Source of the DNA: Lama glama
Lineage: Eukaryota
Assembly: GCA_028534125.1 (NCBI GenBank)
Contig: CM052817.1
Span: forward strand, 74,092,001 to 74,156,000
Direction of reading: 5' to 3'
Length of the DNA stretch: 64,000 nt
Shown here in pieces: positions 23,950 to 37,450 of this stretch. Both the position numbers and the translations under genes were made by a program. The stretch's first letter is position 1. Every line of letters starts with the position of its first letter. The notes under the pieces were generated by a model. That model ran no database searches, was not told where the DNA came from, and saw only the letters and a program-made list of their open reading frames with translations.

Positions 23950-26900
23950 TGATTTCTGGTCCGGCATGTAAGGAGCTTAAGTGGTGTCACTCTGTCCTAA
24001 TAACAAGTAAAAAGCTAAAGAAACTGAAAAATTAACAATTCTTCATAGATCTGACCCAAAACTGGAGAGACAGACAGGCATATACAGAAGACCACAACTT
24101 CCTAGAACAGACACCTCTGCAGGAACTAGTGTTATGGTAGGCAAGTGTGAACTGTAACCGACAAGCTGCTGGAGGTTCAGTGTGGATAAGCCTGGAACAT
24201 AAAACTCCAGGGGCAACCAGTCATGGGAGGTCCCCAGACTTCTCAAAGTTTACCTCAGGGAGCTCAATCAGGTCCTCACAGGACTTATTAGAGAAAAATT
24301 CTCTTGTGTTTCCAGCAATGAGAAGAGAAAAGTAATCATTTTGAAAAATGGCAGAGCATTCTGTTCTTTTTAGCAAGGGCTGCATTAATGAGATTTTACC
24401 AGAGCCTAAACTGCTATGGTATTAACAGGGCCTAACTGGCTTGGAGGAATACAAGCTAAAGAAAAGAAACACCCAACTCCAGCTTTCTCTAGCTATCCTG
24501 TCCCTCCTAAGGGGGAAGAAAAACCAAAGCAAAACTGAGAAGCACTGGTGAAATTCACAGTGCAAGGAATGAGACTCAGCAAAAGACTGAGACCACTCAG
24601 AGGACTGTAAAGCACTTCCCCTCTGCCAGCACCTTACCAATACATTCCTAAAGGCTTACTAACCACAGTTACTTTTACTCAGACATCATGTCCACCTTTC
24701 AACAAAAAATTATAAGATGTACCAGAAGGCAAAAACACACTTTAAAGAAACTTAACAAGCATCTCAGCCAGAATCAGATGTGGCAAGGATGTTAGAGTTA
24801 TCAGACCAGGAATTTTACACTATGGTTAATATGCTATGATTAATGTGCTAAGGATATTAATGGAAAAAATAGAAAACATGCAAGAACAGATGGGTAATGT
24901 AAGTAGAGGGATGGAAACTCTGAAAAACAATCAAAAAGAAATTCTGGGATAAAAAAGAAACCACTGTAATAGTAATGAAGAATGCCACGGAGTGCTCATG
25001 AGTAGACTGGACATGGCAGAGGAAAGAACCTTTGAGCTTGAGGAAATGACAATGAAAACTTCCATAAAAATGTGTGGAAGACAACAACAGTAACAAAGAA
25101 CAATGGAAGCAAATAGAAGATAGTAACAAATATGATAGATGTTAATCCAACTATATCAATAACTCTTTAAACATCAATGAACTAAATACACCAATTGAAA
25201 GAGACAGAGTGGATTAAAAAACAAGATCCAACTATACATTGTCAGAGAGAAATTCACTTTAATTATAAAGACACAGATTAAGACTACATTGGAGAATAAT
25301 ACAATATGCTAACACTAATTGAAGAAAACAAAATGAAAGTAGCTATATTAATAATAGAGCAGACTTAAGGGCAAGGAAAACTATCAGAGAAAAAGATGGC
25401 ATTATTTAATGACAAAAGGGTCAATATTCCAAGCATATATAACAATTCTTAATGTATATGTGCCTAACAATACAACATCAAAATATGTAAGACAAACACT
25501 GGTGGAACTGTAAAAAGAAATAATGTGAATCTACTATTGTAGCTGGAGATTTTAAAATCCTGCTATAAGAAATGGACTGATCTAGCAGGCAGAAAATCAT
25601 TAACAACATAGTTGAACTCATGAGCACCATAAATCAACTGGATATAACTGACATCAGTGACTACTTCATCCAACAATAGTATAAAACACATTGTTCCCCA
25701 GCTCATATGGAACATTCACCAAGATAGACCAACTTCTGGGTCATAAAGCACACCTTAACAAGTTTAGAATATCAGAAATCATACAATGAAATTAAACTAG
25801 AACAATAACAAAAAGAAAACTGAAAGATCCAAAATACTAGGAGAACAAACAGCATGAATCAGGAACAAAATCAAAAGAAATTTTAAAATATTTTGAATTA
25901 AATGAAAAATACAACTTGTCAAAATTTGTGGGATGCACTACATAGAAGGAAATTTATATGTGCACTGAATGTGCATATTAGAAAGGAAGATATAAAATAA
26001 ATATTCTAAACTTCCACTAGGAAACAAGAAAAAGAGGAGCAACTAAATTCAAAGTAAGTAGAAGAAAAGAAATAATAAAAATTGGAAACAAGCAATTAAT
26101 AGAGAAAATCAACTAAAGCTAAAAAGCCAGTTCGGTGAAAAGATTAATAAAATGGATAAGCCTATAGCTAGTTTAATTAAGGAAAAAGAGAGAAGACACA
26201 AATTACTAATATCAGAAATGAAAGAAGAGACATTACTATAGATACCATGAACATTAAAAGGACAATAAAGAAACACTGTGAATAACTCCATGCCCACATA
26301 TTTGATAACCTAGATAAAATCAACCAATTCCTTGAAAGACACAATCTGCTAAAATCACACAGGAAGAAATAAACAATCTGAATAGGCCTATCTATTAAAG
26401 AAATTGAATCAATAATTAAAACCTTCCAAAACAGAAAGCACCAGGCCCAGATGGATTCACTGGTAAATTATACCAAACACTTAAGGAAGAAGTGATACCA
26501 ATTCTTCACAATTTCACATAGAAGATAGAAGCAGAGTGAACACACTGCAACACATTCTATGAGGTCACCATTACTCTAATACTAAAATGAGACAAAAGCA
26601 CTACAAGAAGGAAAAATACCAATCAATATCCCTCATGAACATAGATACAAAAATCCTTAACAAAACATTAGCAAAATGAATCCAACAATTTATATACCAC
26701 AAGCAAAATAAATTTATATTTCAGGTATGCAAGGCTGGTTTAACATTTGAAAATCAATAAATGTTATCCATCAATCACATCAATAGGCAAAAACAGAAAA
26801 ATCACACCAGTTGATGCAGAAAAAACATCTGACAAAATTCCATACCTATTCATGATAATAACTCTCAGCAAACTAGGAACAGAAGTGGCCTTCCCAACAT

Positions 26901-27895
26901 CATAAAGAACATCTACAAAATACCATAAGCTAACATCAAATTGAATAGTGAGAAATAGTGAAGCTTTCCCACTAAGACCAGAAACAAGGCAAAGATGTCC
27001 CCTTTCATCACCCCTTTCAAACATCATACTAAAAGTCCTAGTTAATGCAATAAAATAAGAAAAAGAAATAAAAGGTATACAAATTAGGAAGGAAGAAATA
27101 AAATGATCTTTGTTCACAGATGATATGACTATCTATGTAGAAAATTCTAAAGAACTGACAACAAAACTTCTGAAATTAATAAGCAATTATCACCAATTGC
27201 AGGATGTAAGGTTAAAATACAGAAGTCCAGCTTTTCTATATGCCAGAAGTGACCAAGTGAAATTCAAATTAAAAACACTTCACCACTTACATTACCATTT
27301 ACATTATACTCCCTAAAAATGAAACACTTGGTATAAGTCTACTAAAATATGTCAAAGACCTAGTTGAGGAAAACTACAAAAATCTGATTAAAGATTTCAA
27401 AAAATAACTAAATAAGTGGAGAGATAATCCTTGTCTATGAGAAGGATGCCAAGATGACAGTTCTTATCAACTTGATCGACATAATCCCACTTAAAATCTT
27501 AGCACGTCATTTTGTGAATATTAACAAACTGATTCTAAAGTTTATATAGAGAGCCAAAAGACCCAGTGTAGCCAACACAACATTTACCAAGAAAGACAAA
27601 GTTGAAGGACTGACACTACCTGATTTCAAGTAATCAAGAAAATGTGGTATTAATGAAAGAAAAAACAAACTAATTGTACAAAACAGAAAGCCCAGACATG
27701 AACCCATATCAATATAGTCTATCAACTTGGACAAAGGAGCAAAGGCAATATAATGGAGAAAAGACTCTTCAGCAAATGACGCTGGAACAACTGGATAGGC
27801 ATACATTAAAAAACAAAAACCAAACAAACAAAAAGAATCTAGACACAGACTTTACATCTTTCACAAAAATTAACTCAAAATGAATCATAATCCTA
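23950..27895 (+). mobile_element. Old L1MC-type LINE, 5' part (5' UTR, partial ORF1, internal deletion near 25065, decayed ORF2 from about 25132)
   Basis: 5' end ccggcatgtaaggagctt...aacaagtaaaaagctaaagaaactgaaaa; ORF2 landmarks ccaggcccagatggattcactggtaaatt (PGPDGFTG) and ttgttcacagatgatatgactatctatgtagaaaat (FADD-like RT motif, FTDDMTIYVEN); many stops and frameshifts. Confidence 0.92.
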
Positions 27896-28194
27896 CATAC
27901 TATGCTCCTCAATGACCATAAATTACAGGCTTTTCAATGTTTGTATTACCTAATTTCATTTCAACTGAGAGTTTACAATAATGTATTTAGAACACTCACA
28001 TTAGGAGGAGTCAACAAGACTAAAACTATATGCAATAGTCTCTCTCTCCCCTCCTCCATATATATAATCGCTTTATCTATCTATAATTACCATCTATTCT
28101 TCTCTTTTTCTGTAACACATCAGTGGGGATGGTAGAATACGAAATTTAGCTTTGCAACAGCTAAGAATATTTGATAAAAACCATAGATTTCTCT

Positions 28195-28293
28195 CCCCCT
28201 GGAAATGCTCACTTGCACATATTTAAACTTGCTGTAAACTTTCAGGGGGGTTGTGTATCAATCTAAACCCATTCATGGACTCCAAGTTAAAAA
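28195..28293. mobile_element. Ancient hAT-Charlie-like DNA transposon end, inside the segment interrupting the L1MC
   Basis: aaactttcagggggg...aaacccattcatggactccaagttaaaaa resembles hAT ends of the ...ccatggaccccaggttaagaac type. Confidence 0.45.
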
Positions 28294-29180
28294 AGCTTTA
28301 CAAGACATTTTAATTGTAAAATGTAATTTTTATGCTATTCAAACTCATTAAAATGCTATTACACATAATTTTCCATCCCAAATCACAAATTTCCCACAAT
28401 GCATCTTTAAAAGTTTAACATAAATCATGCTTCTTCTTCTCAGTCATATATTCTATATTCCACAGGGTGCTTCACCTCCTGCCTTCTGCTGTAAATATTC
28501 TTTCCTTCTCTCTATAAGCATTTCTGTTTCTCCAAGGGGTTAGAAACCGTAGGTTTTCAGATAAAAGCTTTTATTTTAAAACATGAATATACAACTCAAC
28601 ACAATACTACTAAAGCTCAGAAGTTCTTCCTAATGTTTATATTAATTTTCCTATTACCTTTGCTGCTTTTGCATTATGAACAGATTACCCAGTCTACAAT
28701 TCTCTGACCTACATATTAGCACATCCTGCTACTTTCAATTTTCCATGAAAGCCTCATCCTTCAAGCATCTATTCTCCCACTATCTGTGGCTCTCTGGTGG
28801 CGTTTACCTAACACTAACCCTAACATCATACTTCTGGGAGTGGCTTTTCAAATGGAGTAAGTAGCTGTATGGGATGCAGATCTTCTCTTTTTAATATGTG
28901 AAATATGTATTTTAATAAAATTTGAACTTGGTACTAAATGTTATACATTACTAATATTACTATATAAATATTACATAAATATAAATATAAAATATCACTG
29001 TCATATTTTTAAATAGTAAAACCACGTTAGAACATTAAAGGAAATTTTTTAAATGTCTCTTCCAAATTTCAACAGTGGGAACTAATTTTATTTCTGTACA
29101 TTCTTTTCCAGCTTTTTGCATGTTCTCAGAGTGTTACTGGGTGTAATCAATGTGGATATATACCCATTTGTTTGCTGATC

Positions 29181-29321
29181 TTATTTTTTTGTTGAAATAT
29201 AGCTGATTTACAATAGTTTCGAGTGTGTAGCAGGGTGATTTAGTCATATATGTATATTTTTAAGATTCTTTTCCATTACAGGTTATTGCAGCATATAGAG
29301 TATGGTTCCCTGTGCTATACA
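29181..29321 (-). mobile_element. Cetartiodactyl-type L1 3' UTR fragment, antisense, no visible TSD
   Basis: ttttttgttgaaatatagctgatttacaata...attcttttccattacaggttattgcag...gttccctgtgctatac is the reverse complement of the 3' UTR type seen at 8400-8560. Confidence 0.85.
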
Positions 29322-29348
29322 ATTAACAAAAACAAACCAAAAAAAAAA

Positions 29349-30665
29349 AATCAAAGATCAAAATGTAAAACTCAAAACTATAAAATTCCTGGAAGATAAC
29401 ATAAGAGAATGTCTAGATGCTCTTCTACATGGGGATGACTTTTAGATACATCAAAGGCATGGCCTGTGAAAAAAAGAACTGATAAGGTGAACTTAATTTA
29501 AAGTAAAAACTTCTGCTCTGCAAAAGACACTGTCAAGAGAATGAGAAGACAGGTTACAGACTGGGAAAAAATACTTCCAAAGACATTTGATAAAGGACTG
29601 TTATCTAAGCTGTACAAAGAATTCTTAAAACTCAACCATAAGAAAATAAACAATCTGATTACAAAGTGGGCAAAGGATTAGAAGGAATACCTCACCAAAG
29701 AAGATATGCAGGTAGCAAAGAAGCATATGAAAAGATGCTCCACATCATACATCATTAGACAATTGCAAATTAAATCAAGATACCACTACACATCTATTAG
29801 AGTGGCCAAAGTCCAAACCACTGACAACACTAAATGTCGACAGGATGTGGAGCAACAGGAACTCTCATTCATTGGTGATAGTAATATAAAGTGATACAGC
29901 CACTTTAAAAAGACAGTTTAGCAGTTTCGTATAAAACTAACCACACTCTTACCATACAATCTAGCAATTGTGCTTCTTGGTATTTATTTACCCAAAGGAA
30001 TTGAAAACTTAAGTCCACACAAACACATGGATGTTCACAGCAGCTTTATTCACAATTGCCAAAATTTGGATGCAACCAAGATGTTCTTTAGTAGGTGAGT
30101 GGATAAACAAACTGTGGTTCATACAGAGAATTGAATATTCAGTGCTAAAAAGATATAACTATCAAGCCATGAAAAAATATGAAGAAAATATAAATGTAAA
30201 CAGCTAAGGGGAAGAAGCCAATCTGAAAAGGTTACATAGTGTATTATTCCAACTATGACATTCTGGAAAAAGCAAAACTCTAGCGACAGTAAAATGATTA
30301 GTCATTTGCAGGGATTAAAGAGGAGGTTGAGATGAACAGCTGGAGCACAAAGGATTTTTAAGACAATGAAATTATTCTGTTTGAAATACAATGGTGGAGA
30401 CATGTCATTATATACTTGTCAAAAGCCCAGTCAATGCATAATATCAAGAGTAAACACTAATGAACTCTGGGTGACAATGAAGCATCAATGCAAATCCACC
30501 AACTGCAACAAGTGTATCACTGCGGGGTGGGAGTCAGCAGTGGTGAGGATGTGCATTTTGGGGAGGGGAGTATGGGAATCCTCAGAACTTTCTGCTCAAT
30601 TTTGCTCTAAACTCAAAACTGCTCTGAAAAAACTGAAGTTTATTAAAAGTATAAATTAAAAAAAA
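29349..30665 (+). mobile_element. L1MC1/L1MC2-type LINE, 3' part (ORF2 end and 3' UTR), collinear with 23950-27895
   Basis: ORF 29706-29894 MQVAKKHMKRCSTSYIIRQLQIK; 3' UTR ggagcacaaaggattttta...atggtggagacatgtcattatatacttgtcaaaagccc...ttctgctcaattttgctctaaactcaaaactgctctgaaaaa. Confidence 0.92.
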
Positions 30666-31194
30666 CAACAACTGTTTCCCGAAGTCCTAAATTATACAAC
30701 CATTTTTCCTAATTCATAAAGATAAATATGGGAATAGACAAAATATCAAGCAATCCAAATTTATATTAAAGAATGAAAATGACTAAAGTGAACAAATAAA
30801 TGAAACAGAAATAGGCCCTCTGGAATTTAAGACAATTATCCCTGACAATATTCTAAAGAAGCCATTAGATAGTACTCATCTTGAATAGCCTCCTTCCTCC
30901 TGTAGGCTGTCAACTACAGAGTATTCATGAGACATAGTTATACCTTATGAGACAAGGTTACATCTTATCCCACACAAACTGAAAGTGTCTATTAACATAA
31001 AAGAACTATGACATGTGTGGGTCAAAGGGTTGAGTTTGGCACCTTGGAGCAGCACAATAATACATGAGAAAAGTTGAGTGTTAATTTTGCCTTTCATTCA
31101 GAAAATAATAAAAAGGATATGAGTATCTCTATCCCTGTCTATTAAAAGTACAGGATGTCATGATCATTTAAAAGGTTTTTTCTTTAAAATTATA

Positions 31195-31639
31195 CAGGTA
31201 TACCTCGGAGATACTGCAGGCTTAATTCCAGACCACCACAATAAAAGTGAGTATTACAATAAAGCAAGTCACAAGAATTTTTTGGTTTCCCAGTGCACAT
31301 AACAGTTGTTTTTAGACCATACTATATTCTATTAAGTGTCCAAGAGCATTAGATCTTAAAAAAAGTACACACCTTAATTAAAAAAATACCTTATTGCTAA
31401 AAAATGCTAACCATTACCTGAGTCTTCAGCAAGACATCATCTTTTTTTCTGGTGGAGGGTTTTGAAATATTGGGAGAATTACCAAATGTGATACAGATAT
31501 ATGAAGTGAGCAAATGTTGTTGGAAAAAAATGGCACTGATAAACTTGCCGGATGCAGGGTTACCACAAACTTTAAATTTGTAAAAAATGCACTCTCTGAG
31601 ACTCACAATAAAGCAAAGTGCAATAAAACAGTATGCCTG
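31195..31639 (-). mobile_element. Tigger1 internal-deletion derivative (Tigger1a-like)
   Basis: TIRs caggtatacctc / gtatgcctg with TA on both sides; the two Tigger1 ends are joined near 31460. Confidence 0.92.
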
Positions 31640-31996
31640 TAACAGAATCATTACCATTTTATTAATTTGACAACAAAGAGGACACTGAAATTGTTCAGGA
31701 TAATCTTGTGAAACGTGTATTTTCCCAACAGTGAACTTCTACAGTTCTAGATTTACAGATTTCCAATATGATGGACATTAAATTCCTCTTTCACAATAGC
31801 CAAAGTGTTTAAAAACACAATTCTGTTTTTAAAAACAAATAAGAAATGCAGTATCTTTACAGCATCAGGATTTCTTTGTTATTTAAAATATCCTCCATTT
31901 TAACTAAATTGACTGTTTCCTGCATATAAGTTGCTAACTAAAAGCAACATTTGTAGACTCGACTTTGTTCTAAAAACTATTTTCAGAGGGATTATA

Positions 31997-32292
31997 CAGT
32001 CATCCCTTGGCACTCTTTGGGGACTGGTCCTAGGATCCTCAGCAGATACCAAAGTCCCTTATATAAAATGGTACAGTATTTATAAATGACCTACACACAT
32101 CCTCCCTTATACTTTAAACCATCTCTAGATTACTTACAATACCTAATACAACATAAAAGCTATGTAAATAGTTGTCAGCTACAGTAAATTTAAGTTTTGC
32201 TCTTTAGAACTTTGGAATTTTTCTCAAATATTTTTGATCTATGTTTGGTTGAAATTGTGGATGTGAAAGATGAGGATATAGAGGGCCAACTG
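31997..32292 (+). mobile_element. MER2/MER2B TcMar-Tigger element
   Basis: TIRs cagtcatccct / gagggccaactg, TA flanks, internal aagtcccttatataaaatgg...atctctagattacttacaatacctaatacaa. Confidence 0.9.
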
Positions 32293-35200
32293 TACCTTTT
32301 TACTTTTTTTATTCCTACGAACATCTTATATACTTCCGAGATTTACTGTCTTCTCCCTGGATGTTAGTGCAGCCAACTTCTAAGTGGGTTCTCCGCCTCC
32401 AATCTAATTTCTCTTTTCTTCAAGCTGTGTACACAGCAAAAATACTATGGCACAAATCATCCTTTACTGTAATTACTGACTTTTTCTATCTCTCTTTACA
32501 GGAGATTAGCCTACAGACTTGTACTCAAGTACTGTTTTACTACAGTAAATAGTCTTCAATACTGTTCTTTCACATTTTGATCTGAGTGTAAAATTATTTT
32601 TGCTCTGTTTGTTATATACACTGTTACAATGATATAAATCAAAGGAAATATTACACTTCTGAGGTTTTAAGAAGGATAAAATTAGCTGCAAATAATAGGC
32701 AGAAGGTATTCAGAAAAATCAAACTAGACTTCCACCCTCTAAAAGACTGAAAAGTCACTGGAATATGTCTGCCTTGTGAAATTAAAGAGAGTATTATCAG
32801 CATAATAGAAGAATTTTACCAAATTACCATAAAGATGGCCAAGTGACTAGGGCACACATCAGATGCTTTCAGATACTGTGAAACTTGTTATGTTATATCT
32901 GAGTGTATTTTGTAAATGCTGCTGACCTGTTGGTTACATAACCAAACATTCTGGTAGGTGAAATAATGTCATAACATAACAAGTGGGAAACTGCTTTTCA
33001 TTCTTTTGAAGACAAAAATGGTCATTCACCTTCCCTTCAATCTGCAGCCCCTGGTACAGAGTAAGTACATACTGAGTGTATATTTGGTGAATGAAGAAAC
33101 ATTCCTCAGGACATAATTATGCCTGCCTCAGCTTCGGTCCGGTCCTTCCCACTGGGTGTCCTGATCTCTGCAACTAAATGAATGTTGGCTTGCTCTCCCA
33201 AACCCCTGGGTAACTCTTACAGTGTTCACCACATTAGGCCTATACCACAGACATTCTGAAGCCACCTAATCCCCTTTCTCAACTATAGTCTTTGAAAAAG
33301 GGTGGTGTCTGACTTATTCTTTAGTCCCATTATTACCAATAAAACTATCAGCTGCCCAGTCCAAGGGGTGTAGTCTGAAAAAGTATTTTCAGTATTATAA
33401 CTTCAAATTTGCAAAAATGAAAAATATACATGTTTTCCTAACAGTAATTACAAAACATGCAACTTGACCAGGCTTTCTGGTTGGTACAAAAATGGTAAAC
33501 TGGGGCGGGGGAAGCACATCAGATTCTCTCAGAGTATGCCTGTTTGAATTTATCAAAATGGGGCACTTATTTTAAAACGTCCAGAAAGACTGCTTTCCCC
33601 CAATGCCAAAGCATTAGGCAAAGTGTCTTGCTTTCAGTAGGCACCTATCTTATATTTGATGAATAACATTCCTTATCTGGGGACAAAAACACAAACACTT
33701 TAAGACAGAGAAAAAAATACTTCACATACAAAGATGAGTCTTTACTAAAAGTGTTATTTTTAAAGATGTAATAATGGCAATTTTCTCTATAGTTTAGAAT
33801 CATAAAAAAATTTCTAATATTTAAAAATGGCATCAGGAGTCCTAATAATTCTACCGAAAATCTCAAATTGATGAGAACAACATCCTGGCCTCACAGACTA
33901 GAAAAGAACTTGAGAGATGTCTAACACATTTTTCATTTGGTCCCACAGCCTCATTCTATAAGAAAAATAAGGCTTACAAAACGGATAATGTTAAGTATTT
34001 AGCCTTGGGTAGCTTTGAGACTGAAACTTGAATCTTTTCATTCTGGGTCAGCACTCTTTCCAATAAACCTTAATCTAATCTGTCTACTTTAGTTCCCTGT
34101 TGAAATTACCAAAATTCAACGCAAGTGTTATTCTCTTACACATTTACTTAGAGTGATATTTCTATACCTCATTGCTTGTTTTCACCTAACACGCACATAA
34201 TACATATCTGTGACGTACAGTTCCAGAAATATACATGTCACATTCAGATGACTGCCTTTGTCAAGGCCTTATTCCCCATCAGTCCCAGAAATTCCCTAAG
34301 GACAACAGCTCTGCCTTTAGGCCTCTCTTTTGCGGACTACAATTTCAGCTCCATTACTTCACTGTCTTATCTTCCCTTAGATTTCAGATAAATCCACATC
34401 TCTTGCCTCTCAGAGTTGCTGAGGTATGCCTGAAAACCCTGCTAGGCACAGATCTTGAGGAAGATGGTTCTAAAAAAGCAGGCAGTTCAATATATGCTGT
34501 GACAATATATTTGCTTTTATGCAGGGCTTTCCCACTGATTTCCTGAGTCTATTTGCAAAATTGACTACTAATGCTTTGTAGCTGGTGGCAGTAGAGAGAT
34601 ACTTGAATAAAAAATATAAATTAAAAATAGCAAGAAGAAACTATTTTTCTCATAGAATTCACGGCCCCTTCTGTTTTGCTTTTTAGAAAGGGAAAAGTAT
34701 TCCTTTAGAAGAAGACTCAACACACCTATAAAAATAGAACTTCCCGTTAGTTTCTGAATAGCTGACATTCCACAGGAAGTATGCACATGTACCACACTGC
34801 CAAAACCATCATCAAAAGGACAAACACAGAGAACATTCCTTCTTTAGGAATTCAAGTAGTTATTTTATCTTGGAACTGATTGGCTAAGTGACTTCCAATT
34901 TTTCTGTATGAGTATTTCATTGATATCTTAAAAGACCAGACTTTTCTTAACTATGGTTAAAATATGCTTTTTTTAAAGCTACTTCCTTTTCCACTTTCTA
35001 GAATATTGCCACTACAATTAGATAATTTAGAGGAATTATTTATTTATATTTGTTATAATCTCTTTTTACTCATTGCAAATCTATACTTTCAACCATTGTT
35101 TTCCAATTGTCTCTAATGCTGGGTGCTTTGTTGGATTAGGTCTAAGTTGTTTATTGATCTCATTACTGGAAAAGCATTTTGAAGAGAATTGCTGCTAACT

Positions 35201-35673
35201 CTCCTCTATACTTCTAAACATTAAAGAATAATTGCAAAGAGTCTGGTCTCTTCAATATATAAGTAGATATTCAATTGCCTGACACAACATATTTCATAGT
35301 ACTGTGGTTCAAGTGTAAACTTCCACCTTCAGAAGTCTCTACATTTTGGTTTCAGAGACATTAATAACACAAATACATATCATCGTTTCAGATATGACCT
35401 CCTGCAACAGAAAATCTTATTTTGTTTTCACATGAACTGCTTTCATTGTATGTTCTGCACCAAGTATTAAGTGCTGAAGAAAAAAATTATGCATTTTTAA
35501 AATGAACTTTATTCTAAACAATGTGATTCTTATAATTCCCTCCACTTAGTAAGGAAATCTTACTTTTATAGAAATCTATATAATTTAAACTAGATACTAA
35601 AAAACTTGATGACTGTGGAAATGTGGCATGGTATCCTTTTACATTTGATCTAACCCTGAATCACTTCTAGGGC

Positions 35674-36052
35674 TGAAGGGGATGAGAATCTGCCACGCCC
35701 AAACATGCCACTTAGGCATAAGAATTATTTGGAGATAAAGGCAATTGAGAATCAACAAATACAGGAAGAAGTCTCCACCCAACCCCCCTTAATCTGCCTA
35801 AAGCAAGACATAAATTTCCCTTTGAGTAAGGTGTCTGCTCCATGTACCAGGGAGAGAAGAGCAATCCTCACCATCTGGGACACAGAGTTGACACCCTGAG
35901 TCTAACTGCTTCTTTCAGTTTCACTTCTTTCCTGTAAACTCATGTGCACACAAATATTAAAAATGTTGTGCCTTTTCTACTGTTAGTCTGCCTTTTCTCA
36001 GTTTAATGCACGTGCCTCATGCACTGAACATAAGAGCATTGTTTTCCCTTCA
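35674..36052 (+). mobile_element. MER34-like ERV1 LTR (internally deleted)
   Basis: Starts tgaaggggatgagaatctgccacgcccaaacatgccacttaggcataagaattatttggagataaaggcaattgagaa; ends ttttcccttca; no TSD seen. Confidence 0.8.
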
Positions 36053-36074
36053 TTCTTATTGTAGAACCTTGGTT

Positions 36075-36375
36075 TATAAATCCAGGTTAGTCTAAGTCAA
36101 TCCTGGCAATCCCATTCTCCTTGCCAGTGATTGGCAAGGGGTAGCATGTGACCTAGTCCTGGCCAATGAGATGAAATGGGAGTAAATTTTTCATTCTAAA
36201 AAGAAATGAGACAGTATCTTCTACTCTAAATTACCATGTCTACATTTAATAATGTGAACCATGCCAGTCTGAGAACAAAGCTGGGGTAAAAGACAGGAGT
36301 TTGATGATGTTGCTGAAACCCTGAATTAACCAGCCTCAATAATCCCTGAGTCTGCTTTTTATAAGATAATAAGTT
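36075..36375 (+). mobile_element. MLT1J-like MaLR LTR
   Basis: gtctaagtcaatcctggcaatcccattctccttgccagtgattggc...gcatgtgacctagtcctggccaatgagatgaa. Confidence 0.7.
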
Positions 36376-36765
36376 ACAGATACTTTAAAAAAAATTCATT
36401 ATGCTTATGCCAGCCATTTTTGTACCCCAAGGTAAAACTGAGAACGATTTACGATATCATAGTGAATAATCCCAAAGGAAACAGACTCATATCTGTTTCA
36501 CTTAGGAAGATAAACTTAAATTTTAAACAAACAGTGCTGAGTAGTCACCTCTTTTCAAAATAATTAAGAGTTGAATGTCACTTGAAGAACATTTTAAATA
36601 TTATAGGGTCATTAATTTGGACTATATATAACTCGAAGAAAAATCATGTTTAATTCAAAATGGTCTTAAATAGATAGCAAAAATAGACACAAAGTGTGTT
36701 GTACTTACAAATCAAACACCAAGTAATGGAAGCCTTCTTCTGATATGCTGTCATGAAGTCGCACT

Positions 36766-36790
36766 AAAAAAAAAAAAAGAAGAAGAAGAA

Positions 36791-36843
<53 letters not shown>

Positions 36844-36874
36844 GGAAAGAAAAGAGGGGAAAAAAAGAAGAAAA
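36766..36874 (+). repeat. Compound purine microsatellite (A)n-(GAA)n-(GAAA)n
   Basis: About 109 nt uninterrupted purine run: A13, then GAA repeats, then about 12 GAAA units. Confidence 0.97.
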
Positions 36875-36994
36875 TTTGTGTTATATGTATGCCAATGATC
36901 AACATTAAGCCAGACTTTTAATAGGCATCTGTCTCCTAAATTAAAATGTTAGCATCACTATTTTAGCCTCTGATGAGTCAGCATCCTTTACAGC

Positions 36995-37195
36995 AGGGCT
37001 GGGGTTCAGACAGACCCAAGGTTTAGGTTCTAGTCTTGGTAATTATTAACTGTGTGATCGTAAGCAAAGTAATTAATTTGTAATCATAAGAGGACCTATA
37101 CTTTATAAAATGGTTGAGAAGATTAAATAAGACAATAAAAGTAAAATAATTTGCATGTTGCCACATGAAAATGAAATGTTAATAACTGCCTTACT
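36995..37195 (+). mobile_element. MIR SINE
   Basis: ggggttcagacagaccc...ttattaactgtgtgatcgtaagcaaagt...ggttgagaagattaaataagacaat. Confidence 0.7.
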
Positions 37196-37224
37196 ATATA
37201 TCGCTGTATGTCCAAAATTACCAG

Positions 37225-37450
37225 GTTCTAGCAAGTCTTCCACTGAGAGTCTCTTCTTTGCCATTCCCTTTGCTATTATCATAGTCCAGGTCTTTAAGAG
37301 TCTAGTAAACAGTCTCCCTGCCTCTGCTCCCTCTTTTTTCTAGGGAATTTCTGCATAGCTCTCCCTGAGCAACCAGTCAAAACAGTTTATATTATGCTAC
37401 TTCTAAACTCAAGTCACCAAAATCCATTTACCAAGTCATCAGCCAGAAAC
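37225..37450 (+). mobile_element. L2 fragment
   Basis: ccattccctttgctattatcatagtccagg...aacagtctccctgcctctgctcc. Confidence 0.5.
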
